The notes under the pieces were generated by a model. The model saw only the letters and a list, made by a program, of their open reading frames with translations. It was not told the DNA's origin and made no database searches. Shown in pieces: positions 21,311-30,714 of a stretch of 64,000 nt of DNA. Numbering within the stretch: position 1 is the stretch's first letter; the number at the start of each line of letters is the position of its first letter. The position numbers and the translations under genes were made by a program. Source of the DNA: Caldisericia bacterium (lineage in GTDB: Bacteria; Caldisericota; Caldisericia; B22-G15); assembly GCA_030018355.1 (NCBI GenBank), contig JASEFN010000002.1, positions 46,699 to 110,698 of the forward strand, read 5' to 3'.

Positions 21311-21797
21311 AGAAATTTTAATAAATTTAGATTTTATTTATTTAAGAGTAAAAATTAATAATGCTAAGATAATAAAAGTAAATATTGAAAAGAAAGTAGA
21401 AGAAAATTACTCTCAAGAATATGAAATTTTTATTGATGAAATAAAAAGTTATTTTTTTGGAAAAAAAGAGTTTTTTAATTTGGATTTAATTAATTTTGAT
21501 TCTTTAACAGATTTTCAAAAAGATGTTTTAATTCATTTATCAAAAGTACCACGTGGAATGGTAACAACATATAAAAATCTATCTTTAAAACTAAATAAAA
21601 AAAATTCTTTTAGAGCGGTTGGAAATGCATTAAGATTAAATCCATTTCCTATTATAATTCCTTGCCATAGAGTTATTAAGAGCGATTTTACTTTAGGTGA
21701 TTATGGATATGGAAGTGATTTAAAAAAGATGCTTCTTATTTTTGAGGGAGTTACATTTTTAGATGATAATAGAGTTAAAAGTGAGTGTGTTTTATAA
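21300..21797 (+). CDS. ogt: Methylated-DNA--protein-cysteine methyltransferase
   Basis: RAVGNAL..NP..IIIPCHRV active-site motif. Confidence 0.92.
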   Translation: MDFEEILINLDFIYLRVKINNAKIIKVNIEKKVEENYSQEYEIFIDEIKSYFFGKKEFFNLDLINFDSLTDFQKDVLIHLSKVPRGMVTTYKNLSLKLNKKNSFRAVGNALRLNPFPIIIPCHRVIKSDFTLGDYGYGSDLKKMLLIFEGVTFLDDNRVKSECVL

Positions 21798-21805
21798 TTA
21801 ATTTA

Positions 21806-22525
21806 ATGAAAAAGACACTTATTTTAATTTTAATTTTTTTAAGTCTCTTTCTTTTTTCTTGTAAAAATAAAAAAGAAGTTATTAAAATTGGGATAAATAT
21901 AGACCTTCCTCCATTTTCATATAAAGAAAATGGAAATTTAGTTGGGTTTAACATTGATTTTTTAAATCTTCTTCTTAAAGAGTTAAATTTTGATAAAGAA
22001 TTTATTGAAATTGAAGGAATAAATTTTGAACCTCTTTTGAAAAAAGATATTGATATTTTAATAGGAGGATATCCACTAAAATATAAATATCCTCAGGGAG
22101 TTTCAATTTCTATTCCTTATTTTGATTTATCTTATCTTCTTATATCAAGAGTCGATTCTCCAATAGATTCTATTAACTCTTTAGAAAATAAAATTCTTAT
22201 ACTTCCTCTTTATACATATGCAGAAGAGATTGTAAAAAATGTTAAAAATCTTACTAAAATTCCATACAAAAATTTTAGTGAGGCAATAAAAAGTTTAGAA
22301 AATCAAGAAGCAGACGCAATTCTTGTTGAAAAAGTTGTAGTAGATATATATAAATTAGATGAAAATAAATTTTTCAAGACAAATGTTTATAGTAATGGTT
22401 TAGTTATTGTATTAAGAGACGAAGATAATGATTTAAGATATAAAATAAATTATTCAATTTCTAAAATTATTAATGAAAAAGGTTATAATAAATTAATTTT
22501 AAAGTGGTTTGAGGAGGAGAGATGA
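21806..22525 (+). CDS. Polar amino-acid ABC substrate-binding lipoprotein (family 3), orphan
   Basis: Signal peptide with lipobox LFSC, PPFSY, GFNID, C-terminal KWF; start placed at ATG 21806. Confidence 0.8.
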   Translation: MKKTLILILIFLSLFLFSCKNKKEVIKIGINIDLPPFSYKENGNLVGFNIDFLNLLLKELNFDKEFIEIEGINFEPLLKKDIDILIGGYPLKYKYPQGVSISIPYFDLSYLLISRVDSPIDSINSLENKILILPLYTYAEEIVKNVKNLTKIPYKNFSEAIKSLENQEADAILVEKVVVDIYKLDENKFFKTNVYSNGLVIVLRDEDNDLRYKINYSISKIINEKGYNKLILKWFEEER

Positions 22526-23529
22526 AAAAATTTAGAGTCGCAGTTTATGGAACAGGAGCAATGGGTTCTGGAATTATCTCTTTAATTCTTGAGAAAAAGA
22601 ACCTTGAACTTGTTGGAGTTGTTTCAAAGAGAAAAGAGAGAAAAGGTATTGACATAGGAGAAATTATTGGAAAAGGTACTTTAGGAATTAAAATTAGCAT
22701 AGACCCTCTTGAAGTAATTAAAAATGGAGTTGATATATTTATTCATGCTACATGCTCAAGAGTTAAAGATGCGTATCCAGAAATTGTTCCTATTTTAAAA
22801 AATAGAGTTAATGTAATTACAATTGCAGAAGAGATGGCTTATCCATGGAGAGCATCTAAAGAATTAGCAGAATCTCTCGACAAATTAGCAAAAGAAGGTG
22901 GTGTTACACTTCTTGGAACAGGTGTTAACCCTGGATTTGTTTTAGATACTTTAATTATTGCTTTAACAGGCGTAATGAAGAAAATTAACAAAATATACGC
23001 AAAAAGAGTAAATGATCTTTCTCCATATGGTCCATCTGTTATGAAAACTCAAGGTGTTGGAACAACAATTGAAGAGTTTAATGAAGGCTTAAAAAAGGGG
23101 GAAATTGTTGGACATTTTGGATTTCCTGAATCTATAAGCATGATTTGTGATGCTTTAAATTGGAAATTAGAAAAAATAGAAGAGTATAGAGAGCCTATAA
23201 TTTCAAATGTTTATAGAAAAACTCAATATATAGAAGTTAAACCTGGTATGGTTGCAGGATGTAAACATGTTGCAAAAGGATTTGTTGATGGAGAAGAGAA
23301 AATAATTTTAGAACATCCTCAGCAAATTTTACCTCAACTGGAAGGAGTTGAGACTGGAGATTATATTTTTATTGAGGGTGAACCTCCAATAAATTTTGTT
23401 AACAAGCCAGAAATTCAGGGTGGGGTTGCAACAATTTCAATTGCTGTTAATATGATTCCTATTGTATATGCAGCAAGACCAGGATTACTTACAATGAAAG
23501 ATCTTCCGATACCAAGATTTTTAGATTAA
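22522..23529 (+). CDS. ord: 2,4-diaminopentanoate dehydrogenase (Ord)-like
   Basis: YGTGAMGSG, TIAEEMAYP, GTGVNPGFVLD, RVNDLSPYGPSVM.TQGVG, GHFGFPESI, HPQQI.P, ETGDYI. Confidence 0.85.
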   Translation: MKKFRVAVYGTGAMGSGIISLILEKKNLELVGVVSKRKERKGIDIGEIIGKGTLGIKISIDPLEVIKNGVDIFIHATCSRVKDAYPEIVPILKNRVNVITIAEEMAYPWRASKELAESLDKLAKEGGVTLLGTGVNPGFVLDTLIIALTGVMKKINKIYAKRVNDLSPYGPSVMKTQGVGTTIEEFNEGLKKGEIVGHFGFPESISMICDALNWKLEKIEEYREPIISNVYRKTQYIEVKPGMVAGCKHVAKGFVDGEEKIILEHPQQILPQLEGVETGDYIFIEGEPPINFVNKPEIQGGVATISIAVNMIPIVYAARPGLLTMKDLPIPRFLD

Positions 23530-23560
23530 AAATTCTTTTCAAATGAGAAAAATTCTTGTA

Positions 23561-23589
23561 TTGACTTAAGATATTTAGGGTTGTAAATT
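23561..23589 (+). promoter_or_regulatory. Sigma70-type promoter of nrdJ
   Basis: TTGACT, 17-nt spacer, TAAATT; AGGAGG RBS before ATG 23622. Confidence 0.55.
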
Positions 23590-23621
23590 TAAATAAAGAC
23601 TCATAATTTTAGGAGGATATC

Positions 23622-26600
23622 ATGGAAAAAGAGATAAATCTTACACCCCAGGCTAAACTTGTTCTTGAAAAGAGGTATCTTAAGAAAAACGAAAAAGGTG
23701 AAGTTATAGAAACCCCATTTGAACTTTTTGAAAGAGTTGCAAGAGTAATCGCAAATATAGATAGGATTTACAATAAAGACGTTGACATAGAAAAAGTTTT
23801 TGAAAATTTTCTTAATATGATGGTCAGTTTAGAATTTTTACCAAACTCACCAACTCTTATGAATGCTGGAAGAGAATTGGGAAACCTTTCCGCTTGCTTT
23901 GTTCTTCCTGTTGGTGATTCATTAAAAGAAATTTTTGATGCAGTAAAATATGCTGCTTTAATTCACCAATCAGGTGGAGGCACAGGTTTTTCATTTTCAA
24001 GATTAAGACCAAAAGGCGATATTGTTAAATCAACAATGGGTGTTGCGTCAGGCCCTCTCTCTTTTATGGAGGTTTTTGATAAAGCAACAGAAACAATAAA
24101 ACAGGGTGGGGTAAGACGTGGAGCAAATATGGGAATTTTAAGAGTTGATCATCCTGATATATTGGATTTTATTACAGCAAAAGATAAAGAAGGAGTATTA
24201 ACAAATTTCAATATTTCTGTTGCAATAACAGATTATTTTATGAACAAATATTTCAATGATGAAGAATATGAACTTATTAATCCAAGAGATGGAAGAGTTT
24301 GGAGAAAACTTAGGGCAAGAGATGTATTTGAAATGATTGTTGAGCACGCTTGGAAGAGTGGTGACCCAGGGGTTATTTTTATTGATAATATTAACAAGAA
24401 AAATCCAACACCCCACCTTGGTGAAATTGAATCAACAAACCCATGCGTTGTTGGAGATACATATGTTTTTACAAATAAAGGATTAGTTAAAGCAAAAAAT
24501 TTAGTTAAAGGTCTAAAAGTTTGGGGAGGTAAGGGATGGAATGAAATTCAAGAAGTTATTAATAATGGAGTTCAAAAGGTTTATAAAATTACTTTAGAGT
24601 CAGGAATTAGTTTAAAAATAACCAAAGATCATAAATTATATACTGAAAATGGATGGAAAAAGTTAGAAGAAATTCAAATAGGAGAAAAAGTTTTTATTCC
24701 TTTAAATACACCTGAAATTAAATCTGAAAATCAAAATTTAGAATATTTTGAACTTTTAGGATATTTTTTAGGAAAAGAATCTTTAAGTAATTCAAATAAT
24801 ATAAATCTTCCTTTAGGAAGTGAAAAGGTTTTAATTTCACATTCTTCACCAATTCTCAAAAATTATTCAAACTCTTCTAATATTATTGATTCTTATAAAA
24901 ATTATTTTACTAATAAATTGAATAGTTTATTTAATTTTTCTAATTATCAAGAAAAAACAATACCTGATGAATTGTTAGAAAATAGTAGTGAAGCATTAAA
25001 AGCAATTTTAAGAGGTCTTTTTTCAGCTTGTGGTTCAATTTATGACTCAAATGGAAGATTAACAATATCTTTATCTTCAGCTTCTAAAAAACTTTTAGAG
25101 CAAGTTCAGATAATTTTACTATTTTTAGGAATTCCATCAGATTTAATTTATACAGATGTGAATATATATAGAATTATTGTCTCAGGTGAAAGAGCAAAGT
25201 TATTTAATAAAAAAATTGGATTTATAGATTATAAAAATGAAAATTTAATTAATTATGAATATCAGAAAATTATTAATATAGAAGAAGATGGTGAAGAGGA
25301 AGTATATGATATAAAAGCTCCTAATGATTATACATGGATAACAAATGGTATTTTGAGTTTAGATTGTGGTGAACAACCTTTACTTCCTTATGAATCTTGT
25401 AATTTGGGATCAATTGATGTTTCTAAATTTGTAAAAGATGGAAAAATTGATTATGATAGATTAGGGAAAGTTGTTAAAGATGCAGTTCACTTTCTTGATA
25501 ATGTAATTGATGCAAATAGATTTCCTCTACCAGAGATAGAAAAGATGACAAAACTAACAAGAAAAATAGGACTTGGAATAATGGGTTTTGCAGATCTTCT
25601 TATTAAATTAAGGATTCCTTACAATTCAGAAGATGCAATTAACTTAGCAAAGGAACTTATGTCCTTTATAAGCAAAAAAGCATGGGAAAAGTCAGAAGAG
25701 TTAGCAATAGAAAGAGGTGTTTTTCCTGCATGGAGTGGAAGTGTTTATGAGAAAGAAAATAGAAAAGTAAGAAATGCAACTGTTACAACAATTGCACCAA
25801 CTGGCTCTATTAGTATAATTGCAGGTTGCTCATCTGGAATTGAACCAATTTTTGCACTTGCATTTAAAAGACAAGTTGCAATAGGACAATGGTTTGAAAT
25901 TCACCCTCTTTTTGAAAAGGAGTTAAAGGAAAGAGGATTATATAGCGATGAATTAATGGAAAAGATTATTGAAGAGGGAACTATACAACACATTGATGAA
26001 ATTCCAGAAGATATGAAGAAAATTTATGTAACAGCACATGATATAGAACCAGAATGGCATCTAAAAATTCAAAAAGCATTTCAAGATTATGTTGATAATG
26101 CTGTATCAAAAACTGTTAATTTGAGAAATGAAGCCACTGTTGATGATGTAAGAAAAGTTTACCTTATGGCTTATGAACTTGGACTTAAGGGAGTAACAGT
26201 TTATAGAGATAGATCAAAAGAGGTTCAAGTTCTTGTTAAAGGTAAAGAACAAAAAGAAGAAGATGTAAAAAAAGAGAGACTTTCTCCAAGACCAAGACCC
26301 AAAATAACATATGGAGCAACAATTAAAATGAAAACTGGTTGTGGAAATTTATATGTAACAATAAATGAAGATGAAAATGGAATATGTGAAGTTTTTTCAA
26401 CTCTTGGCAAAGCAGGAGGATGTGCTGCATCTCAAACCGAAGCAATATCTCGATTAATTTCTCTTGCACTTCGTTCAGGTGTTTCACCTGAACCAATAAT
26501 AGAACAACTTAAAGGAATAAGATGCCCAAATCCAATTTGGCAAGATGGAGAAAAGATACTTTCTTGTGCTGATGCAATTGCAAAGGCAATTGAGATTTAT

Positions 26601-26777
26601 CTTTCAATGAGTAAAGAAGAGAAGAAAGAATTAAAATTTGAAGAAAAAAGTGCCCCAGAAGTTGAAGTTAAATTGAAAAAAGAAGATATTCAAATTTGTC
26701 CTGAATGTGGGTCTCTTATGATAAGTATGGAAGGTTGTTATACTTGCCCAAATTGTGGTTATTCAAAATGTGATTAA
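23622..26777 (+). CDS. nrdJ: Class II (adenosylcobalamin-dependent) ribonucleotide reductase, intein-containing
   Basis: PNSPTLMNAG, LSACFV, QGGVRRGANM, STNP/CGEQ, CNLGS, TIAPTG, C-terminal TSCPD-like domain and Zn ribbon. Confidence 0.95.
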   Translation: MEKEINLTPQAKLVLEKRYLKKNEKGEVIETPFELFERVARVIANIDRIYNKDVDIEKVFENFLNMMVSLEFLPNSPTLMNAGRELGNLSACFVLPVGDSLKEIFDAVKYAALIHQSGGGTGFSFSRLRPKGDIVKSTMGVASGPLSFMEVFDKATETIKQGGVRRGANMGILRVDHPDILDFITAKDKEGVLTNFNISVAITDYFMNKYFNDEEYELINPRDGRVWRKLRARDVFEMIVEHAWKSGDPGVIFIDNINKKNPTPHLGEIESTNPCVVGDTYVFTNKGLVKAKNLVKGLKVWGGKGWNEIQEVINNGVQKVYKITLESGISLKITKDHKLYTENGWKKLEEIQIGEKVFIPLNTPEIKSENQNLEYFELLGYFLGKESLSNSNNINLPLGSEKVLISHSSPILKNYSNSSNIIDSYKNYFTNKLNSLFNFSNYQEKTIPDELLENSSEALKAILRGLFSACGSIYDSNGRLTISLSSASKKLLEQVQIILLFLGIPSDLIYTDVNIYRIIVSGERAKLFNKKIGFIDYKNENLINYEYQKIINIEEDGEEEVYDIKAPNDYTWITNGILSLDCGEQPLLPYESCNLGSIDVSKFVKDGKIDYDRLGKVVKDAVHFLDNVIDANRFPLPEIEKMTKLTRKIGLGIMGFADLLIKLRIPYNSEDAINLAKELMSFISKKAWEKSEELAIERGVFPAWSGSVYEKENRKVRNATVTTIAPTGSISIIAGCSSGIEPIFALAFKRQVAIGQWFEIHPLFEKELKERGLYSDELMEKIIEEGTIQHIDEIPEDMKKIYVTAHDIEPEWHLKIQKAFQDYVDNAVSKTVNLRNEATVDDVRKVYLMAYELGLKGVTVYRDRSKEVQVLVKGKEQKEEDVKKERLSPRPRPKITYGATIKMKTGCGNLYVTINEDENGICEVFSTLGKAGGCAASQTEAISRLISLALRSGVSPEPIIEQLKGIRCPNPIWQDGEKILSCADAIAKAIEIYLSMSKEEKKELKFEEKSAPEVEVKLKKEDIQICPECGSLMISMEGCYTCPNCGYSKCD
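24444..25364 (+). mobile_element. Intein (307 aa) in NrdJ with degenerate LAGLIDADG domain and C-terminal Asp
   Basis: Splits NP|CGEQ; block A CVVGDTYV, block B ITKDHKLYT, block F VYDI, ends NGILSLD then +1 Cys. Confidence 0.93.
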
Positions 26778-28022
26778 ATGAAAGAAAATGTCGACTTATT
26801 AATTTATAACATAAAAGAATTGATAACTCCTTATAACTCAAATCTAAAAAGAGGAGAAGAGTTAAAAGAGTTAAAAATTATTAATAATGGAGGAATTGCA
26901 ATTAAAAATGGAAAAATTTTGTGTGTTTCTGATACAGAAGAGGTTCTTGATAGATTTGAAGGTGAAAAGGTGCTTGATCTAAAAAATGAAAATATTTTGC
27001 TTCCTGGTTTTGTAGATCCTCACACACATATTCTTTTTGGTGGATCAAGAGAAGATGAATTTTTAGCAAGAATTAATGGTGAATCATATCTTTCAATTCA
27101 GAAAAAAGGCGGGGGTATTTATAAAACGCAAAAAGATACAATATCATTAAATGAAGATGAATTGGTTAAAATAACAAAAGAAAGAATTTTAACTGCAAAC
27201 TCTTATGGAATTTTAACTCTTGAAATAAAAAGTGGATATGGACTTTTTCTTCAAGAAGAGATTAAACTTTTAAAAACAATTAAGAAAATAAAGGAGGAAA
27301 GTAAAATAAAAACTGTTTCAACATTTTTACTACATCTTATTCCAAAAGAGTTTGATAGAAAAGTTTTCTTAAGCGAAGTTTTAGAAATTATGCCAAAAAT
27401 TTATAAAGAGGATCTTTTTGATTTCATTGATATTTTTATTGAAGAAGGGGCATTTTCAGTGGAGGAGGCTACTCAAATTTTAGAGGTAACTAAAAATTTA
27501 GGAGCATCAGTTTCACTTCACATTGATCAATTTAATAATTTAAAGGCTTCAAAACTTGCGAAAAAATATAAAATAAAATCTCTCTCACATCTTGATTTAA
27601 CAGAGGAGAGTGAATTAGAAGAACTTAGTAAGGGCGACACAGTTGGAATAATTTTTCCGCTTGAAAGATTTATTTTTAAAAGAGATGAGAGAAGAGGGAG
27701 AAAATTAATAGATTTAGGAATTCCACTGTCAATATCAACTGATTTTAATCCAGGAACATCTCCTTCTTTAAATTTTCCTCTTATTCTTTCTTTAAGTATA
27801 ATAAGAGAGGGTTTAACAGTTGAAGAGGCAATAAATTCATCCACAATAAATGGTGCGTATGCTTTAAATTTACAAAATGAGGTTGGTAGCATTGAAGTTG
27901 GTAAAAGAGCGGATTTTGTTGTTTTTTCACTTAAAAGTTTTAAAGAGATTCCTTACTATGTTGGTATGAATTTTATAAAATATGTGATAATTAATGGAGA
28001 GGTGATCAACATTGATAGATAA
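26778..28022 (+). CDS. hutI: Imidazolonepropionase
   Basis: PGFVDPHTH.LFGGSREDEF, GGGI, EIKSGYGL, STDFNPGTSP. Confidence 0.88.
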   Translation: MKENVDLLIYNIKELITPYNSNLKRGEELKELKIINNGGIAIKNGKILCVSDTEEVLDRFEGEKVLDLKNENILLPGFVDPHTHILFGGSREDEFLARINGESYLSIQKKGGGIYKTQKDTISLNEDELVKITKERILTANSYGILTLEIKSGYGLFLQEEIKLLKTIKKIKEESKIKTVSTFLLHLIPKEFDRKVFLSEVLEIMPKIYKEDLFDFIDIFIEEGAFSVEEATQILEVTKNLGASVSLHIDQFNNLKASKLAKKYKIKSLSHLDLTEESELEELSKGDTVGIIFPLERFIFKRDERRGRKLIDLGIPLSISTDFNPGTSPSLNFPLILSLSIIREGLTVEEAINSSTINGAYALNLQNEVGSIEVGKRADFVVFSLKSFKEIPYYVGMNFIKYVIINGEVINIDR

Positions 28023-28587
28023 GGAAAAGATTAAAAAAGCGGTTGAATTAATTATTGAGGCAATTGGAGAGGATAAAGAAAGGGAAGGTTTAAAAGATAC
28101 TCCAACTCGAATTGCAGATATGTATGAAGAGATTTTTAGGGGTTTACATGAAAATCCAAGAGAATACCTTAAGAATGGATTTGTTGAAGAAAAACATCAC
28201 GAAATGGTTATTTTAAGAAATATTTCATTTTTCTCAATGTGCGAACATCACTTTTTACCATTTTTTGGAAAAGCACATGTTGGGTATATTCCAAGTAAAA
28301 AACTAGTTGGAATTTCAAAAATTGCAAGAGTTGTTGACTCTCTTTCAAGAAAGCCACAACTTCAAGAAAGATTAACAAGTGAAATTGCAGATATAATTTT
28401 TGAAGAAGTGCAACCCTTGGGATTAGGTGTTGTTATTGAAGCAGAGCACCTTTGTATGGTTATGAGAGGAGTTAAAAAGATGGGAAGTTTAATTGTTACT
28501 TCTGCTATTAGGGGAGGATTCGAAAAATATGCTTCAACAAGAAGTGAATTTTTAATGTTAATTTCAAAAGGAAACAATGAATTATAG
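28012..28587 (+). CDS. folE: GTP cyclohydrolase I
   Basis: REGLKDTP.R, SMCEHHFLPF, QLQERLT, HLCMVMRG. Confidence 0.96.
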   Translation: MIDKEKIKKAVELIIEAIGEDKEREGLKDTPTRIADMYEEIFRGLHENPREYLKNGFVEEKHHEMVILRNISFFSMCEHHFLPFFGKAHVGYIPSKKLVGISKIARVVDSLSRKPQLQERLTSEIADIIFEEVQPLGLGVVIEAEHLCMVMRGVKKMGSLIVTSAIRGGFEKYASTRSEFLMLISKGNNEL

Positions 28588-29797
28588 AGTTAGAGAACTA
28601 TCTTTGAAAGATTTTGAAAAAGAAAAAATTTTAAAAGATCTTGATGTTCATCCAGTTGGAATATCAATAATGAAAGATAAAATGGTATTAAAACTCATAA
28701 AAGTTGAAGAATTAGATTCGAGGGGTGCAAACATTTTAAAACAGGAGTGCTTATCTTTAGGAGGAGATTGTGCAATTCCATATCACGCATATAATTTAAA
28801 AAATGAGAAGGTAGATTGTATTATTATTGGAACACAAGCAATTTATAAAAAATTAATTCCTAAATTAAAACTTCAACCTTTTGGTTTAAAGATAGTGGCA
28901 GAGGAAATTGAAAAAATTATATTAGGTGAAAAAATTAAAAAAACAAAAATAGGAAATAAAATTTTTGAATGGGGTAAAAGAACATACATTATGGGAATTA
29001 TAAATTTAACTCCAGACTCATTTTCAGAAGATGGATTGTATGGAGAAAATTTAATTGATAATGCAATTGGACTTGCAACACTTATGGTTGAATGGGGAGC
29101 GGATTTGATTGATATTGGAGGAGAATCAACAAGACCGGGTTCAACTCCGATTTCTTATGAAGAGGAAAGGAAAAGAGTTATTCCTGTTTTAAAAAGACTT
29201 GTTAAAGAAATTGATGTTCCAATTTCAGTTGATACATATAAGCCTCAAATTGCAAAAGAGGCTCTGCATATTGGTGCAAGTTTAATAAATGATACTCTTG
29301 CTTTAAGATACGATAAAGAGATGGTAGAAATTATAAGTAAATATAATGTACCTGTTGTTTTAATGCACTCAATTGATGGAAGAGGAGGTAAACCCCCAAC
29401 AGAAAATTATTATAAAGATGTAATAATGGATATTATAGATTTTTTTAATGAAAGAATAAATTATGCTTTAGAAAATGGAATTAAAAAAGAAAATATAATT
29501 CTTGATCCAGGAATTGGTTTTGGAAAAAATTTAAAGCACAATCTTGAAATTATAAAAAATATAAGTGTTTTCAAAAATCTTGGTTTTCCTATTTTATTAG
29601 GACCAAGTAGAAAAAGTTTTATTGGAGAACTTCTTAATTTACCAGTTTATGAAAGATTAGAAGGAACAATTGCAGCATCTCTTAAAGCAGTTGAAGAGGG
29701 AGTTGATATTTTAAGAGTTCATGATGTTAAAGAGATAAAAAGAGCAGTAAAAGTATATGATGAGTTTGTAAGGGAGAGTTATGAAAATATTTCTTAA
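28577..29797 (+). CDS. folP: Dihydropteroate synthase with ~130-aa N-terminal extension
   Basis: MGIINLTPDSFS, DIGGESTRPG, LDPGIGFGK, SRKSFIG, LRVHDV. Confidence 0.95.
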   Translation: MNYRVRELSLKDFEKEKILKDLDVHPVGISIMKDKMVLKLIKVEELDSRGANILKQECLSLGGDCAIPYHAYNLKNEKVDCIIIGTQAIYKKLIPKLKLQPFGLKIVAEEIEKIILGEKIKKTKIGNKIFEWGKRTYIMGIINLTPDSFSEDGLYGENLIDNAIGLATLMVEWGADLIDIGGESTRPGSTPISYEEERKRVIPVLKRLVKEIDVPISVDTYKPQIAKEALHIGASLINDTLALRYDKEMVEIISKYNVPVVLMHSIDGRGGKPPTENYYKDVIMDIIDFFNERINYALENGIKKENIILDPGIGFGKNLKHNLEIIKNISVFKNLGFPILLGPSRKSFIGELLNLPVYERLEGTIAASLKAVEEGVDILRVHDVKEIKRAVKVYDEFVRESYENIS

Positions 29798-30140
29798 GGG
29801 AATGGAATTTTATGCTTATCACGGTGCAATAAAAGAAGAAAATTTGCTTGGCCAGAGATTTGTTGTTGATATTGAATTAGAGTGTGATACTCCAAGAGAG
29901 GATGAACTTAAAGAAACAATTGATTACACAGAAATTTATAAAAAAACTAAAGATATTGTTGAAAATTTTAAATTTAAACTAATTGAGACACTTGCAAAAG
30001 AAATTGGAAGAAAAATTCTTGAAGATAAAAGAGTAAAATATATAACAGTAAGAGTTGAAAAAACTTCACCTCCTATTAAAGGAATTCTTGATAAAGTTGG
30101 AGTTGAGGTGACTCTTAAAAATGATTCTTATCTTCTTTGA
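29781..30140 (+). CDS. folB: Dihydroneopterin aldolase
   Basis: FYAYHG...E..LGQRF.VD, TIDY, LIETLA, EK..PP. Confidence 0.93.
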   Translation: MKIFLKGMEFYAYHGAIKEENLLGQRFVVDIELECDTPREDELKETIDYTEIYKKTKDIVENFKFKLIETLAKEIGRKILEDKRVKYITVRVEKTSPPIKGILDKVGVEVTLKNDSYLL

Positions 30141-30714
30141 TATTGAAACAACAGGGCTTAATCCAGAATATAATAAACTTGTTGAGATTGGATGTGTAAA
30201 AGTTTATGATGGAGAAATAAAAGAGAAGTTTACTAGAATAATCGATCCAAAAGAGTCTTTGCCAGATGAAATTAAAAGGTTGACAGGATTAACTGAAGAG
30301 GATATTTCTAATTTTGGTGTTGAAGAAGAGAGGGCAATTAGAGAATTTTTTGAATTTATTGATAATTATCCTCTTATTGGTCATAATATACTAAACTTTG
30401 ATGTCCCATTTATTGAAACAAGGGGAAATATAAAACTTAAAAATCGCCTCTCTGATACTTTAATCATATCAAAATTTTTAGCGCCAAACTTAAAATCTCA
30501 TTCTTTAAGAAATGCTTTAAATCAGTTTGGTATACCTTCAGATGAATATCATAGAGCAATTGATGATGCAATTTTAACCTTTAGGTTATGGGAAATTTTA
30601 AAAGAAAGAAGTAAAAGTTTAGGAATAAATTTTATAAAAAGATATGCTGAAAATATGTATAAAGATGATAAATTAATTCTTGATGCATTTTATGTTTTTA
30701 TTGAAGATTTATGA
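30121..30714 (+). CDS. DEDDh 3'-5' exonuclease (DnaQ/PolC-exo-like), stand-alone
   Basis: DIETTGL, GHN..FD, HRAIDDA. Confidence 0.9.
   Translation: MILIFFDIETTGLNPEYNKLVEIGCVKVYDGEIKEKFTRIIDPKESLPDEIKRLTGLTEEDISNFGVEEERAIREFFEFIDNYPLIGHNILNFDVPFIETRGNIKLKNRLSDTLIISKFLAPNLKSHSLRNALNQFGIPSDEYHRAIDDAILTFRLWEILKERSKSLGINFIKRYAENMYKDDKLILDAFYVFIEDL

Noticed and set aside
23567..23582. Possible NrdR box or cobalamin riboswitch upstream of nrdJ
   Set aside because: Only a half match (ttaagATATtTaGggt), no second box, and the ~90-nt gap is too short and AT-rich for a B12 riboswitch
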